Source: a virus (Duplodnaviria > Caudoviricetes). From it: 49,864 nucleotides of DNA. Location of the stretch: IMG/VR virus record IMGVR_UViG_3300032247_000485, positions 1-49,864 of that record. The stretch is one strand, 5' to 3'. A program made the translations under genes and the position numbers. Shown piece by piece: positions 1 to 9,986 of this stretch (within the stretch, counting starts at the first letter, position 1; each line of letters opens with the position of its first letter). The notes under the pieces were generated by a model. It did not search any database. It had not been told where the DNA came from and was given only the letters and a program-made list of their open reading frames with translations.

Positions 1-769
1 TCCTGCTAAGAATATCCCGATACAGATTAATGCCTTTGTACTCCACACGGCTAAGATTGGTATTGTATCTTGCATAAACATTTGGTCCGTCTCCTAATTC
101 TACTATGCGTTTCATGTAGCGCCAGTGTTGCTCATACATCAGGGGTTCGCCACCTACCCAATATACTTCTTCAACTCTGTGCTCCTCTACAGCCTTCGAG
201 AATTCGGCTTCTACTTGTGTATCCTGAAATTGTTCAATTTGTTTTTTGATTTCAGGTTGCATCCAAATATTTTTTGGATTGGACCAATCTATCATGTTGT
301 GCTGACGCTGTTCGCTTTCCCATGCACTGCTTAACATGTCTCCACACATACGACATTTGAAATTACATAGATTGGTAAATCTATAATCCCAGCTAACAGG
401 TTTCATTGTGGTGTACCCTGTCTCGTCCGTAGTATCTAGCACTTGTAAATACTTATGTCCAAACAAGTGGTCAAAATAGCTACGGTAAACATTAGTATTC
501 AGCAATTTATCATTACATACTTCGCACTCGGGTAAAGTTTCCCCTGCCATCATACGGCGACGTACACCGCGCATATGTTCGCTATTCCAATGGTCATCCA
601 AAGTGATTGGTATGTATCGTCCCGTACCCGAACTGCTAGTATCAATGTACTGTTGGAAATTTTGTGCAGGTTCTCTTGACGCACAGCAGAGGCGTCGCTC
701 ACTTTGAGGACTCAAGTAGGTATGCGTCCAAGGAGCAAGGCATAGTGTATTAGGTTTTGTTGATTTCAT
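1..769 (-). CDS. Radical SAM protein with N-terminal twitch/SPASM-like domain (3' end runs off the window; not in the ORF track)
   Basis: Manual translation from ATG at 769: MKSTKPNTLCLAPWTH...RRLCC...CEVC...YRFTNLCNFKCRMC...YWVGGEPLM...YNTN. The frame is open to the window edge. Confidence 0.92.
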   Translation of the reverse strand, partial: MKSTKPNTLCLAPWTHTYLSPQSERRLCCASREPAQNFQQYIDTSSSGTGRYIPITLDDHWNSEHMRGVRRRMMAGETLPECEVCNDKLLNTNVYRSYFDHLFGHKYLQVLDTTDETGYTTMKPVSWDYRFTNLCNFKCRMCGDMLSSAWESEQRQHNMIDWSNPKNIWMQPEIKKQIEQFQDTQVEAEFSKAVEEHRVEEVYWVGGEPLMYEQHWRYMKRIVELGDGPNVYARYNTNLSRVEYKGINLYRDILSR

Positions 770-1361
770 TTATGTAATAATTTGCAATATCTTTGTGTAT
801 GGATATATCAGTTATGTGATAATAAGGTCGATGTGGTCTAGCAGTTGTGTAAGACCATAAATTAATGGCACTTAAATAATTTTTATATTTTTTAAAATAT
901 CCAATTTTAGATCCGTTAAAATTCGGATGCTCGAAGCCACCTTGATCAAATTGAAATGATATATTACTATCTACTAATTTCTGTAATGTATTTTCGATTA
1001 CGCATTTATTTTCGTAAACCGCAGTAGTTATATCAAAAAATTCAGACACATACTGTTTTAATATGTCTCTCTGATGCTTAGAGAATTTTGTAGTATCATC
1101 AATACTATATATCGAAAAAGGAACCACAGTGTTATCGAACTTAACTAATTGCCTAGTAGAACTTGTGCCTAGTACTATTATAAAATTTGGGTTTGCTGAT
1201 ATGGCCAAATCTACTTGCTGTGAAATCAATGAATTGGTAGCACACACCTTAGATAAATTAGTAACAGAATATATTTCGGCGAGTAAATCGACCCAGCATT
1301 TCCCATATTCTGGATCCGACACCCCAAAACTGTCTCCACAGATATAAATTTGTTTAGTCAT
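750..1361 (-). CDS. SGNH/GDSL-like hydrolase or acyltransferase
   Basis: N-terminal IYICGDSFG (GDS block I) and a C-terminal His (PYYH) in the position expected for the catalytic His. Confidence 0.6.
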   Translation of the reverse strand: MTKQIYICGDSFGVSDPEYGKCWVDLLAEIYSVTNLSKVCATNSLISQQVDLAISANPNFIIVLGTSSTRQLVKFDNTVVPFSIYSIDDTTKFSKHQRDILKQYVSEFFDITTAVYENKCVIENTLQKLVDSNISFQFDQGGFEHPNFNGSKIGYFKKYKNYLSAINLWSYTTARPHRPYYHITDISIHKDIANYYINEINKT

Positions 1362-2025
1362 TTAAATACTGCTCCATTGCAATAAATATTTCTTCTTTTG
1401 TATAACAATATGGTGACACTGTCTGGTTAACCACTGTATTGGCTGCTAAACTAAGGGTAGGAAAAAACTTATTAACTATTTCCCCATTGGATATTGGCTC
1501 AGATACTAAATTATATTCCTTTACGTTATGGTTAACAACATAAGAAATATCTTTATTTAAATTGTTAAGGTCATACCACTGTATCTCTGCATTTAAATTA
1601 ATGTTGTTTAGATACTGTTGATGTTTTAAATCAAATAAAGGATTTTTTGTAATTGTTGAATGAATTAATGAGCTCAATCGTATAATATGAGTATTAAATC
1701 TATTAGATATCAAATGCTCCAATAGACGGCGATTCTTGCCATATGGTAAATGATTTCTTAATACTGTATCAACCGTACTTATTAGTATTACAGAGTTAAT
1801 TGAGGTGTTCTTAATTGAATTAAAAAGATTTTGTATATTTTCTAAATCATTCTCTGGATCAGCATTGGCTTGTAGTCTGTTGCTTGATGGAGCCGATATA
1901 TATACAATATCGAACTTGTAGTCGACAATCTCATTAACATTATTTGAATTAAACAAGTGGGTATATGGCACCACCGTTTTAAGATAGCTGCCAATTAATC
2001 CATTAGAACCAACTATACCAATCAT
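1354..2025 (-). CDS. NAD(P)-dependent epimerase/dehydratase-like (extended SDR-like) protein
   Basis: Rossmann motif IVGSNGLIG, ISTVD, and YGKNR as a YxxxK variant. Confidence 0.75.
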   Translation of the reverse strand: MIGIVGSNGLIGSYLKTVVPYTHLFNSNNVNEIVDYKFDIVYISAPSSNRLQANADPENDLENIQNLFNSIKNTSINSVILISTVDTVLRNHLPYGKNRRLLEHLISNRFNTHIIRLSSLIHSTITKNPLFDLKHQQYLNNINLNAEIQWYDLNNLNKDISYVVNHNVKEYNLVSEPISNGEIVNKFFPTLSLAANTVVNQTVSPYCYTKEEIFIAMEQYLND

Positions 2026-2930
2026 TCGATAAAATCCAGTACTTGATTTACTATTTCATTGACAAATCGTTGCTCTATAGAATCATTAAAGAATAAATCA
2101 TGATTATGTTTTAAGACGTCTTGAGTACGACTATTATTGAACATTGTTTTGTGATATGGAACTATACTATCTACTAGATCACAAATGGCATCTATACGTT
2201 GAGGGTAATCAATAATCTTATCGTATTCCTCATTGTACAAATATTCAAACGTTTGAAATCCAAGCTCATGAAGATAAGTTAACGTGTTGGGAGATCCTAG
2301 TACAACAAACGGATGATAGTACGCAAGAGGTTTAAATGTCTTTTCTGATATAAATGTATTTTGATTAACGGTAGTCTCAACAACTAAACTAAATGAAGTA
2401 TTGTTATACCATGTGCTTGATAAATGCCGTTGCCAGTGGTCTACATGTTCCATATCATCGTCGAGAGTAATTCCTTGCCCAACATAACTATAGAGAGCAT
2501 CTGTTAAATTAACTCGTTTAATAATATCATCCCGATGTGGCCTCTGTAAATTCATTAACATTAAAAAGGAATTAGTATAGGTCTTATTCGGTACATACTT
2601 GTCATAACCCAAGCTCTTATACCACATACTTTCATTATACCATATCCAATTACGGCAACGTAATGTAAATATTCCGTTAGATACTGTACTAGGTTCGTCT
2701 ATGTCCGATTCCCATAGATGATCAACGATTACTTTGCACCCATCTTCATAGTGTGATGCATACCATTTACTTGTATTAAGGCACCCGGTCCAAAAAATGT
2801 GAGTTGCTGGACTATACGTTTTACTAGGATCATATTCTTCTATCTGAACAAATCTTTTCCAAATCAACTCTAAGAAAGGTGCATTGAGATTAGTCCAGTC
2901 ATTTGGATGATATACAATCGTCTTACTCAT
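2022..2930 (-). CDS. Glycosyltransferase-like protein (GT10/GT-B-like C-terminal motif)
   Basis: FSLVVET...FISEKTFKP...PFVVLG resembles the alpha-1,3-fucosyltransferase (GT10) E...(V/I)TEK motif. Start moved to ATG 2930, which overlaps the upstream stop. Confidence 0.55.
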   Translation of the reverse strand: MSKTIVYHPNDWTNLNAPFLELIWKRFVQIEEYDPSKTYSPATHIFWTGCLNTSKWYASHYEDGCKVIVDHLWESDIDEPSTVSNGIFTLRCRNWIWYNESMWYKSLGYDKYVPNKTYTNSFLMLMNLQRPHRDDIIKRVNLTDALYSYVGQGITLDDDMEHVDHWQRHLSSTWYNNTSFSLVVETTVNQNTFISEKTFKPLAYYHPFVVLGSPNTLTYLHELGFQTFEYLYNEEYDKIIDYPQRIDAICDLVDSIVPYHKTMFNNSRTQDVLKHNHDLFFNDSIEQRFVNEIVNQVLDFIE

Positions 2931-4143
2931 ATCCCATCGCTGTTGCAATCTCTACGTGGGTATCTCTAAAATCTTGTTTACGATATGCATCAGTACGTTG
3001 CATTTGTCTTAGAAATTCTTGACCATCGCTACCGGGTCCATTTTCAATGAACTGTATAACATTATCAATTTCTTGTTGATACTTGGCTGTAGTCCAAAAT
3101 GTTGTTTTTAGTTTGTTCAACACCAGTTCTTGTGCTGCCGGAGTCATATACTGTATGCTCATATGGTCGGGACTGTGTAACATATTAAAGTAGATACTGC
3201 CAAACCCTTTTGTGTCGGCCCAAGCTAATAGTTCATCTAAGTAGTACACATTTTGTATATTGATAGTAAAACAAAGTTGTGTAGTAATATTGGGGGTGTC
3301 TACATTCCGAGCGAAATGAATACCATCAATGATTTCATTTGCCTCGTCCCACTTTGCACCATATCGTTCGTACTCAAAACGATTACCCACATTATCAATG
3401 CTAAAGGCAATGTCAACACGACCAAAATGATTCCACAAAAAAGACTTTTCAAACCCCAATGCATCTACAGTGGCATTGGTATTGTAGTGTATGTCAATAT
3501 GCTTACTATCACCAGTTGCCACAGCATGGCGCAACAAGTCCCAATGTTCTTCAATGAGCCAAGGTTCTCCACCAGTAAACTCAAAGTACTTGATTTGTGG
3601 CAATAGAGTTTTTAAATTGGCCCAGAAGTCCGGACTTTCTTCGGGCCACCTACCTGCCTTAAGCCACGTGTAAGCAATATGAGATTTTTTATTAACACCA
3701 GGTGGAAGATATGCCATTTCTTCTTGTGCCCACTTACTGCTTGACCACGAGCCACATATACGACATTTAAGATTGCAGATATTGCCTAGTTTTAAATCAA
3801 TAAACCAAAGTTGATCAGGACTATCATTTGCCCAATCCACGTCTTTGTACATTTCTTTTAAACGTACACGACTATGGATGCGTTTGCTGTCCTTGCCTGC
3901 AGCTTCTTCGTCCCAACAACGATTGCATGTTGCAGGCTTTTCGCCAGCACGAAACTGTCTACGTAGATCCTGCATGTACTGGCTCTTGTAAATAGTTTCT
4001 ATTGTTGTTGTTTTTAGGTCGTACTTGACCCCATGCTCGTCGGTGATCTCATCATGTGCCAAGCAACATGGGCGGCTCGTTCCCATTGGACTAGTTTCAA
4101 TACTAACCCAGGGTAGCATACATATTGTATCAGGTAGGTGCAT
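2923..4143 (-). CDS. Radical SAM protein, N-terminal twitch/SPASM-like domain
   Basis: CMLPW...PCC...CNRC, then CNLKCRIC (CxxxCxxC), GGEP and YNTN. Confidence 0.93.
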   Translation of the reverse strand: MHLPDTICMLPWVSIETSPMGTSRPCCLAHDEITDEHGVKYDLKTTTIETIYKSQYMQDLRRQFRAGEKPATCNRCWDEEAAGKDSKRIHSRVRLKEMYKDVDWANDSPDQLWFIDLKLGNICNLKCRICGSWSSSKWAQEEMAYLPPGVNKKSHIAYTWLKAGRWPEESPDFWANLKTLLPQIKYFEFTGGEPWLIEEHWDLLRHAVATGDSKHIDIHYNTNATVDALGFEKSFLWNHFGRVDIAFSIDNVGNRFEYERYGAKWDEANEIIDGIHFARNVDTPNITTQLCFTINIQNVYYLDELLAWADTKGFGSIYFNMLHSPDHMSIQYMTPAAQELVLNKLKTTFWTTAKYQQEIDNVIQFIENGPGSDGQEFLRQMQRTDAYRKQDFRDTHVEIATAMGYE

Positions 4144-5446
4144 AGTTCTTTAAATCTGCTAGTTCAGGAAACACTGAAAAGAAATCTTCTTTTCGTACAT
4201 TATCAATAATGTTGTTGTTTTTAAAAAATTCACCCAGTTGATCAGTACTATCATGTGCCATCATAAAATTAATAACACCCTCATATCCACTGGTTGCTCG
4301 AGTAAGATTGTCTAACGGACGTAACCACTCAATATGTGCTTTGAGTTTTTCCACTGCCTGTTGTTTTAAATGTTCGGGTAACACATCTACGCGATAACGG
4401 TGTGGATGTTGTAGAATATTAATATTCCAATCCATTGGACGCAATAGTCCCATTTCACTCCACTCTCTATGGAAGTCAGTGATGTGCAACACGTTCATCA
4501 TGCTAACTGTGCTGCTAACATAAAAGTCCACATTAGGACATACTTCAAGCATACGTTTGCGGTTGTCTACAGTCTGTTGCCAGTCTTGTCCTTTACGTAT
4601 ATACTCGCCACGAGCATAACTGCCATCAAGACTAGCACCCACACTGACACAATCAAATAGTTTCCACATTTCAAATACGTCTCGACCCTTGAACTTCATT
4701 TCACTGAAGTTGGTGTTATAGATTAGTCGCACATGGAACATTTTGCGCTTGACCAGTTCGTCTAGCACTTTCCAGTGTTCTTCCATGATCAGGGGCTCGC
4801 CACCGGCCCAATAAATTTGTTCTAGATGTGGAATATGCTCTTGCATCTGTTCCCACATGTCACCTTTATCTTTACCGGCATACATCACTTGCGGGTGTTT
4901 TGGATCCCATCCTGCAGCTTTTTCATCTCTATACCAGCTACTACTAAAGATCCCGCCACAAGTCCTACAACTAAAATTACAAAGATTACTAAATCTAATA
5001 TCGTAATAGCGGAGTTTAAAATCATCATAGGTTCCATCTTCTTTTGTATCGTCTACTAATCCAATATGGTGTCCAAAGTTTTTATTTGCACTTTCACGCA
5101 TACTGAATAATTTGCTATCTTCTTGTTCATAGCACTTGGTACATTCTTTACATGGCTGATTAATTAACATACGCTTACGCATATTTTTTAATGGCTCGTC
5201 ATTCCATATATCACACATGGTTTGTGTTTTGAGATTACCGATTGGATGCTGTGGTTCACTTAAACAACAAGGATACGCACGGCCGTCCGGAAAGGCATGC
5301 ATGTGAATCCATGGTATCATACAAAACTGATCGCTCTTGATCAATCGATCAAGTTGATCTGGACGCAGTTGATCCTCTTTGATGTATACCGGCTTGCGGG
5401 CACCGTAGTTATAATCTTTATAATAATCGTTTAAATCTTCAGCCAT
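4130..5446 (-). CDS. Radical SAM protein, N-terminal twitch/SPASM-like domain
   Basis: CMIPW...DGRAYPCC...IGNL...CKECTKC, then CNFSCRTC and GGEP. Confidence 0.93.
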   Translation of the reverse strand: MAEDLNDYYKDYNYGARKPVYIKEDQLRPDQLDRLIKSDQFCMIPWIHMHAFPDGRAYPCCLSEPQHPIGNLKTQTMCDIWNDEPLKNMRKRMLINQPCKECTKCYEQEDSKLFSMRESANKNFGHHIGLVDDTKEDGTYDDFKLRYYDIRFSNLCNFSCRTCGGIFSSSWYRDEKAAGWDPKHPQVMYAGKDKGDMWEQMQEHIPHLEQIYWAGGEPLIMEEHWKVLDELVKRKMFHVRLIYNTNFSEMKFKGRDVFEMWKLFDCVSVGASLDGSYARGEYIRKGQDWQQTVDNRKRMLEVCPNVDFYVSSTVSMMNVLHITDFHREWSEMGLLRPMDWNINILQHPHRYRVDVLPEHLKQQAVEKLKAHIEWLRPLDNLTRATSGYEGVINFMMAHDSTDQLGEFFKNNNIIDNVRKEDFFSVFPELADLKNYAPT

Positions 5447-6795
5447 TATAGTGTCCTATACCAATCTGCTAATGCAGGAAATGTTTGTTCAAAGTTTTTA
5501 TTTCTACGTTGATCGTATTGCGTGTAGAACTGTTTGAAATCTTTTTGTAAAATGTTTTGCTCGGCGGCGCCGATATGCGGAGTTTTAACTACATCCAAAT
5601 AATCAATTAAGCGTTGTAACTGATCAAGTTCAAACTTGTGTAAGAAGGGACTTGTAGCGTTTGCATCATACCAACTTTGTAAATCGGCTTGGTAGTGTTT
5701 GCGTATATCATCTGAGAGTACTAACGGACTTTGAAAACTTGGAAAGCGTAATATATTTAGCGAGAAGTTGATTGCATCTTTGCCATATTCAACTTTCCAT
5801 TGTTGAATACATTCTAGTAAACTACTGAGACTATCCAAACACAAGGCGTTAACGGTGCACATGACATGCATGCCACGGAACCGACCCGAGTTTAGTAAAC
5901 GTTCTACATTGTTTGCCCAGTCGTCCCATACCAATCCGTCACGGATATATTCTGCTTGTAAACTGACACTTTCATTACTGGTATACAAATCAACTTCCAC
6001 ACCATCAATACTATTTAATAAGCGGTCAATATCTACATCTGTTCCCAAATTACTGTTGATAGCAAGACGTGTAGTACTCTTGCCTTTGTTTGTTTTAAAC
6101 CACTCAATCAGCTTCCATGTCTCGCCCGACATTAACGGTTCGCCACCAGTAATGCGTAATTCCTTTAATGTTCTGTGGAGATCTGTTTCCCACCATTTGT
6201 GGAATGCTTCCACGTAAGGATTAACTTCACCGAATTTATACAATTGACTGCTATCATGACTGTGAGTAAAATGGTTCCTACCGTCACTGACCAATCCGGT
6301 ATAGGGCCCGTTTCGCTTAATATCGTTAGCCCATGTTGTACTAAAAGCAGGGTTACAGTAACTACAAGCAAACTGGCAAGTACGATCAAAAGCAATTTCA
6401 AGTGTTTGTAGATTAATGTCTTCACTTGCCGGAGTACGTTGTGCATAAGCTAGATCCTCATCTGAATATATTACTGTTTTGTATACGCGGTCGCTAATGT
6501 TATCACGGCCTATGTCCTCTATCTTCCAGCAGTATTCACATCCACTGGGACGTTCGCCTTTTTGCATCTGCTCACGTTCCATCTTTTTCTTTTGCGTATT
6601 GTGAATAGCACTGGGGTTAGTTTTAATTGCATCTCGGTCAATGGCGTGTGGTAATGGATGATGACAACTAGTGGTTTGCCCACTACCCAGCCAGATAGTG
6701 GCGTTATACCACTTGGCACCACAGAAGCTTTCTGACTTGATGTCAATAACTCTGCGTTTGTATTCTAAATCAGTTTCGTTATTAATTCTGGGCAT
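5446..6795 (-). CDS. Radical SAM protein, N-terminal twitch-like domain (KW/SCHH subtype)
   Basis: CGAKW...SCHHP...CEYC, then CQFACSYC and GGEP. TAATG overlap with the downstream gene. Confidence 0.93.
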   Translation of the reverse strand: MPRINNETDLEYKRRVIDIKSESFCGAKWYNATIWLGSGQTTSCHHPLPHAIDRDAIKTNPSAIHNTQKKKMEREQMQKGERPSGCEYCWKIEDIGRDNISDRVYKTVIYSDEDLAYAQRTPASEDINLQTLEIAFDRTCQFACSYCNPAFSTTWANDIKRNGPYTGLVSDGRNHFTHSHDSSQLYKFGEVNPYVEAFHKWWETDLHRTLKELRITGGEPLMSGETWKLIEWFKTNKGKSTTRLAINSNLGTDVDIDRLLNSIDGVEVDLYTSNESVSLQAEYIRDGLVWDDWANNVERLLNSGRFRGMHVMCTVNALCLDSLSSLLECIQQWKVEYGKDAINFSLNILRFPSFQSPLVLSDDIRKHYQADLQSWYDANATSPFLHKFELDQLQRLIDYLDVVKTPHIGAAEQNILQKDFKQFYTQYDQRRNKNFEQTFPALADWYRTL

Positions 6796-8173
6796 AGTAT
6801 CTGCACTCGTCCCAGAATTCTTTCATCTGCGGAAAAGTCCTTAAAAAATCTGTGTGTCTGCGGTTATCATGTTCATTAAAGAAACGATAAAAGTCTGCAC
6901 GTTGTAGTTTAACATATTCTGGATCAAGTTTGCTACCTTCTTTCATCCAATCTATGTCACGCCGCATACGTTGTATTTCGTAATCTTTAAATCCTTGAAA
7001 TGGTCGATCTGCGGTTTCTTTATGTAACTCCATCCAGTCAGCAATGCCCTCTAATCGGTCTGCGTACACAGGCGGCAATATCTGTAGGCTTTGCCAACTT
7101 GGACTACGTAACAACGGAGTATCAAACCAAACACGTTGATATGTTTTACTGTATATGCCGCGTAGTTCAAGTATCCATTCTAATTGTTGTTGTAGTCCTA
7201 GCACACTTAAATTATTCATTGTGATAATGAATGTTAGGCTATTACGATTTGGAATTTCATCTAAGTATGTATGTACATTGTTGTACAACCTTCGAAAAAC
7301 TAATCCATCACGTATGTATTCGGCGTGCATGGGTTCGCCTGAATCCAGACTAACATACTGCATGAAATGTTCAATTTGTGTGTTACACAACTGTTTTACA
7401 TAACCTATGTATTTGTCAAACAAATTTGTATCTACACTAAAGTTACTTGTGACATTTAAATGCAATTCTGGGTTGGGCATAGCAAGTACATAGTCAAATA
7501 CTTTATATGTGTTTTTATCCATTAAGGGTTCGCCGCCGGTCATACGGAAGTGTTTTAACTTAGGATACAATTCTGGCCACCACTTCCAAAACGCATCAAC
7601 ATACGGATTGTCTTCACGAGCCGGTATGGGTCTTCTAGTGCCTGTAAAATGCACAGGATCGTTGTGCGGGCTACTAGTAGGATATGCTCCGTGCCTGGCC
7701 ACTTCGTCGGCCCAACTGCTACTAAATTGGGGGCTACAATAACTACACCTTAGGTTGCAAGCGTGATTAAAGTTGACTTCTACATAAGAAGGTATAACAT
7801 CATCCTCAAGTCCTGTTGAGTTTTTAATTAGTTCATAATCACTTGCGGCCCATGGCTCGCCACTACGATAATGCCTGTCGCTTAGATTACCCAAATCTTC
7901 TTGAGTCCAACAGTAACTACATTCTTGTGGACGTTCATCCCGTAACATAATAACACGTTGAGATTTCTTATGCTCAGTATTATGCAATGCACCCGGATTG
8001 ATGGCAATTGCCTCGGGATCTATTCGATGTAATGGTGGATGATAACAACTGTTGTTTAACCCAGTTGGTAGGTGTAGACTAACTTGTTTCCATTTGGCCA
8101 GACATAGAGAAGGTCCCAATTTGGCCTTCATCTCATCAGCAGCTGTCATAAAGTCACTTTTCTTTATTTCCAT
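6782..8173 (-). CDS. Radical SAM protein, N-terminal twitch-like domain (KW/SCYH subtype)
   Basis: CLAKW...SCYHP...CSYC, then CNLRCSYC and GGEP. Confidence 0.93.
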   Translation of the reverse strand: MEIKKSDFMTAADEMKAKLGPSLCLAKWKQVSLHLPTGLNNSCYHPPLHRIDPEAIAINPGALHNTEHKKSQRVIMLRDERPQECSYCWTQEDLGNLSDRHYRSGEPWAASDYELIKNSTGLEDDVIPSYVEVNFNHACNLRCSYCSPQFSSSWADEVARHGAYPTSSPHNDPVHFTGTRRPIPAREDNPYVDAFWKWWPELYPKLKHFRMTGGEPLMDKNTYKVFDYVLAMPNPELHLNVTSNFSVDTNLFDKYIGYVKQLCNTQIEHFMQYVSLDSGEPMHAEYIRDGLVFRRLYNNVHTYLDEIPNRNSLTFIITMNNLSVLGLQQQLEWILELRGIYSKTYQRVWFDTPLLRSPSWQSLQILPPVYADRLEGIADWMELHKETADRPFQGFKDYEIQRMRRDIDWMKEGSKLDPEYVKLQRADFYRFFNEHDNRRHTDFLRTFPQMKEFWDECRYYAQN

Positions 8174-8574
8174 AAAAGTCGATTCATATAAAATGCATTT
8201 TTTATTTTTAACATCCAGCGTGTTGGGTTCTTTTCCGTAAAAATCATATCAACAGTTCCGTTAAATCCCCAATATATTGTATTGTTTACTAGTTGTTCCA
8301 TTACCCGAACTTCTAAAGGAAAGTTATTAATTGACAAGGTTTCTAATACTATGGCTTTATCGTTTATTACATTATCGTTTTGCATTTCGGTATCATCTGG
8401 ACCTTTGTTACTGAGTTTAATAGTTAGCGTAGTTGGCCATTGTATATTACAGTTTATTTCTAAAGGCCCGTTGGGCAAATCTTTTCCTAGATACAATGAC
8501 TTGTTATTCTCAATAATCTCAATTGACATAGATCCATTATATCGTTTATTTGTGCAACCCAGTGTTAAATTCAT
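8164..8574 (-). CDS. Hypothetical beta-rich protein coupled to the B12-type radical SAM gene
   Basis: 136-aa ORF overlapping both neighbours, including an ATGA overlap at 8571-8574. Confidence 0.75.
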   Translation of the reverse strand: MNLTLGCTNKRYNGSMSIEIIENNKSLYLGKDLPNGPLEINCNIQWPTTLTIKLSNKGPDDTEMQNDNVINDKAIVLETLSINNFPLEVRVMEQLVNNTIYWGFNGTVDMIFTEKNPTRWMLKIKNAFYMNRLLWK

Positions 8575-9986
8575 ATGCGGGACCTGTTGGCTTCATTATT
8601 TGCTGTCTCAACCCCATTGTCATTACCTGATGTTGCCTGAAACCCGTGTGTCTTTAGCGTATCCAGTAATTCATTAAGGTATTGTAATCTGTACTGAACT
8701 GATATTTCACTAACCGGTGTTAACCACACAGTCGGAACTTCACCGGAGACAATGCCATACTTGCCACGATTTCTATCTAGCTTAGTATTTGGTAAGATTG
8801 CAGCTAGTGATGTAACTACACTATATACCGGACTTCGCGCATACTGCTGTCTATCAACAAACCATTGCTTGGTAAATTCAAAATCTTGTTTAGTTTCTGT
8901 TGGGTATCCCACAATTAATAATAGCATTACCGGAACATTATACTTTTTTGCCATTTCTAAATGATAATCAATATCATCATTACTAAAGTTTTTACCAAGT
9001 GCAATTCGAACTTTTTCTACTACACTCTCAACTCCTAATTGTAGTGTACCGTTGGTCTTTTTTATCTTTTGCCAAAAACTTTCCGGATGTTGTTTGCTGT
9101 TTCGTATAATAAAGTATCCTACCCATGATATTTGTCTGGAATGAGTATCATTGTAGTCTCCCATTAAGTCCAATAGTTTTGTAAACTCTTTCATGTTACC
9201 ATTTGTCAAGCTGTTATAAAATAAGAAATGAGTTATGTTGTATTTTTCTATTTGACTTAACATCTCCGCAAATATATTGTCTGCCGTTCTAAACTGATAC
9301 TTTTTCCAATGTTCAATAATATCACAAAATTCACAAGCTCTAACACATCCACGACTATCACAAATAGGTATGCCGATGTTTGTATATTGTTTAAAATTGT
9401 AATCACTAAAATCCGAGTGCGGCAATAAATTTAAATCTGTTATGGCCTGCCAATCGCTAGAATTTATACCAGGATAAAGATAATTCCCTTTAAGGTATTC
9501 TACAACAGCATATTCGCCGTCGCCATATATGTAATCATCAATTAACTTTGTATCCCTTAATAGGTTAGCAAAACTGACATCAGTCTGAGCTATAAAATTT
9601 TTAATACCGCTACCACCAATAACTATTTTTAATGTTGGTGTCACGGTTTTTAAATAGTGACATAACCATATTGTAAAAAATTGATTATCCTGTGTTAGTA
9701 AACTTAGTCCTAATATTGTTGGATTATAAGATAGTATTCTTTCGGCGCAATATTCTATTATATCACCAATTTCGTCACTAACTATATCATCAATCTCTTG
9801 ATTTACAAAGAAACGTTCTATCAACGATTTATTTTTGTTATGCTGTATACGATTAACAATCTCTATATTCAAATCTAGCGCCGTTGCACTAAACCCAGAA
9901 GATTCCGCACAGGCTTTTAGTATAGCAGGTGCAAGAACCGGATCGTTACTTAGTGTACCGGGCACTGAACAGAATAATGTAGTCAT
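8571..9986 (-). CDS. Cobalamin-binding-type (class B-like) radical SAM enzyme, possible methyltransferase
   Basis: N-terminal B12-binding-like region (P..APAILK, LGLS, IVIGG, GDGE), SRGCVRACEFC, LGVES and IVGYPTET. Confidence 0.85.
   Translation of the reverse strand: MTTLFCSVPGTLSNDPVLAPAILKACAESSGFSATALDLNIEIVNRIQHNKNKSLIERFFVNQEIDDIVSDEIGDIIEYCAERILSYNPTILGLSLLTQDNQFFTIWLCHYLKTVTPTLKIVIGGSGIKNFIAQTDVSFANLLRDTKLIDDYIYGDGEYAVVEYLKGNYLYPGINSSDWQAITDLNLLPHSDFSDYNFKQYTNIGIPICDSRGCVRACEFCDIIEHWKKYQFRTADNIFAEMLSQIEKYNITHFLFYNSLTNGNMKEFTKLLDLMGDYNDTHSRQISWVGYFIIRNSKQHPESFWQKIKKTNGTLQLGVESVVEKVRIALGKNFSNDDIDYHLEMAKKYNVPVMLLLIVGYPTETKQDFEFTKQWFVDRQQYARSPVYSVVTSLAAILPNTKLDRNRGKYGIVSGEVPTVWLTPVSEISVQYRLQYLNELLDTLKTHGFQATSGNDNGVETANNEANRSRI

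Noticed and set aside
1-9986. 7-deazaguanine (QueE), anaerobic RNR activase (NrdG) or viperin assignment for the radical SAMs
   Set aside because: Lengths and extra Cys domains do not fit, and no folE, queC, queD, dpdA or nrdD gene is in the window.
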